Source of the DNA: Callorhinchus milii
Taxonomy: Eukaryota
DNA length: 64,000 bases
Reading direction: 5' to 3'
NCBI RefSeq assembly: GCF_018977255.1
Contig: NW_024704743.1
Span: 11,782,001-11,846,000 of the forward strand
The notes below the pieces were generated by a model that searched no databases, was not told where the DNA came from, and was given only the letters and a program-made list of their open reading frames with translations. Positions 62,975 to 64,000 of this stretch are shown here, piece after piece. The position numbers and the translations under genes are program-made. Within the stretch, counting starts at the first letter, position 1. The number at the start of each line of letters is the position of its first letter.

Positions 62975-63430
62975 AACCAACAAAATACATTGCATCTTTC
63001 ACGTAGGGAGGGCAATCCAGAGCGCTGGACAGTCAAGGATTTGGACCAGAGCAGAGGGTTGGAATCAGGGGGAGTGGAGGGCAGGGTGGGAAGGGATGAG
63101 AGGGTGACCAAAGGTGTAGATGAATAGGAATGTCTTGAGACGGGCCTTGAAGGAGACAAGGGAAGGAGACAGGCAAAGGCAATGTGGGATGGACTTCCAC
63201 AGGGTGGTCACAGGGAAGCTGAAGGCCTGACCGCCGATGGTAGGGTGGGCCATGCGGGGGATGTGGAGCCTGCTGAGTGGAAGGAGCGGATGGAGTTATC
63301 AGATTACAGAGGTAGGGAGGACCAAGGCCGTGGAGGGCTTTGAAGGTAAAGATGATGATTTTGTATTCTGGTGAATGGGGAGTCAGTGGAGCTGGGCAAG
63401 AGTGATAGAGTCACGGAGCCTGGTGCAGTA
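62975..63430 (-). mobile_element. Older L2 3' part
   Basis: PTIGGQAFSF..LWKSIPHCLCLSPSLVSFKARLKTFLF. Confidence 0.85.
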
Positions 63431-64000
63431 CCAATTTCCGATTTCATAAGAAAATCCCAAGCAGACTCTATTGACATGAACACCAGTGAAGAAAAGCCCT
63501 TTACCACTGCAAAGATTAAGGTCCATCCCCCCCAGTCCCATTCCCCCACCCCAAATAAAAGAGTTCTTGATTATAACGAGAGAGAAACACCAGCGGTATG
63601 GAAATGCTCCAGCATATTATGAGATGTTAGTATTCAATTGGGCATGAAGCCCTGAAAGAATAAGTCAGCAAGGGTTTAACAATGGTTTGTGGGTAATCAT
63701 TGCAGCTATCATGTAAAATCGTGGAAAGCACGACAGTTTAAAAACAAAATCGATCCAGCAAATATGTGGACATGGATGTTAGGCAACCAGAGCACCAATG
63801 GTTAAAGGAAAGCAGGAACAAGCTCATAGAAACACAACACCTCTTACAAAGTCATTGTAGATGATCCAAGAAGGTTTAAAGAGTAAGAAGTTGCAGCCAC
63901 TGAATTTAAACTGAAACATTCATATTTCACCTCTTACAGTAATTGGAAGGCAGATCTGAGCAGCAGTTAATAATAATAATCCTTGCATTTGATATAGCAA

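Noticed and set aside
63371..63622. ORF as XRCC2 exon 3
   Set aside because: Lacks the expected Walker A region (EFHGPEGTGKT-like) and starts inside an antisense L2.

Overview
Repeat-dense vertebrate genomic DNA. The L2/CR1 LINEs and tRNA/Deu-type SINEs suggest a cartilaginous fish, probably a chimaera (inference). Two protein-coding genes can be read by hand, both on +: the last two exons of a divergent NUB1-like gene (527-647, 2597/2600-2760) and coding exons 1-2 of XRCC2 (57671-57709, 61666-61747; exon 3 lies beyond the window). The region between them is mostly repeats. It holds a CR1 5' portion (esterase ORF1 plus endonuclease start) truncated by a 6.5-kb foldback-like composite: a 19-bp G-rich array, an AT-rich core, then an inverted 19-bp array. 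It also holds a 7-kb TG-rich satellite with a 2270-bp higher-order repeat, many L2 and CR1 fragments, and two SINE families. About 6 kb of G/T-rich simple sequence, containing an assembly gap, runs to within 10 nt of the XRCC2 ATG. Most long ORFs in the track are repeat artefacts. Best leads: the foldback-like composite; a young L2 subfamily with a shared C-terminal frameshift, a 3'UTR VNTR and a SINE partner showing a compensatory stem-loop change; the repeat-built XRCC2 5' region; and a possible unannotated minus-strand spliced transcript. All identifications are by eye and memory; no searches were run.
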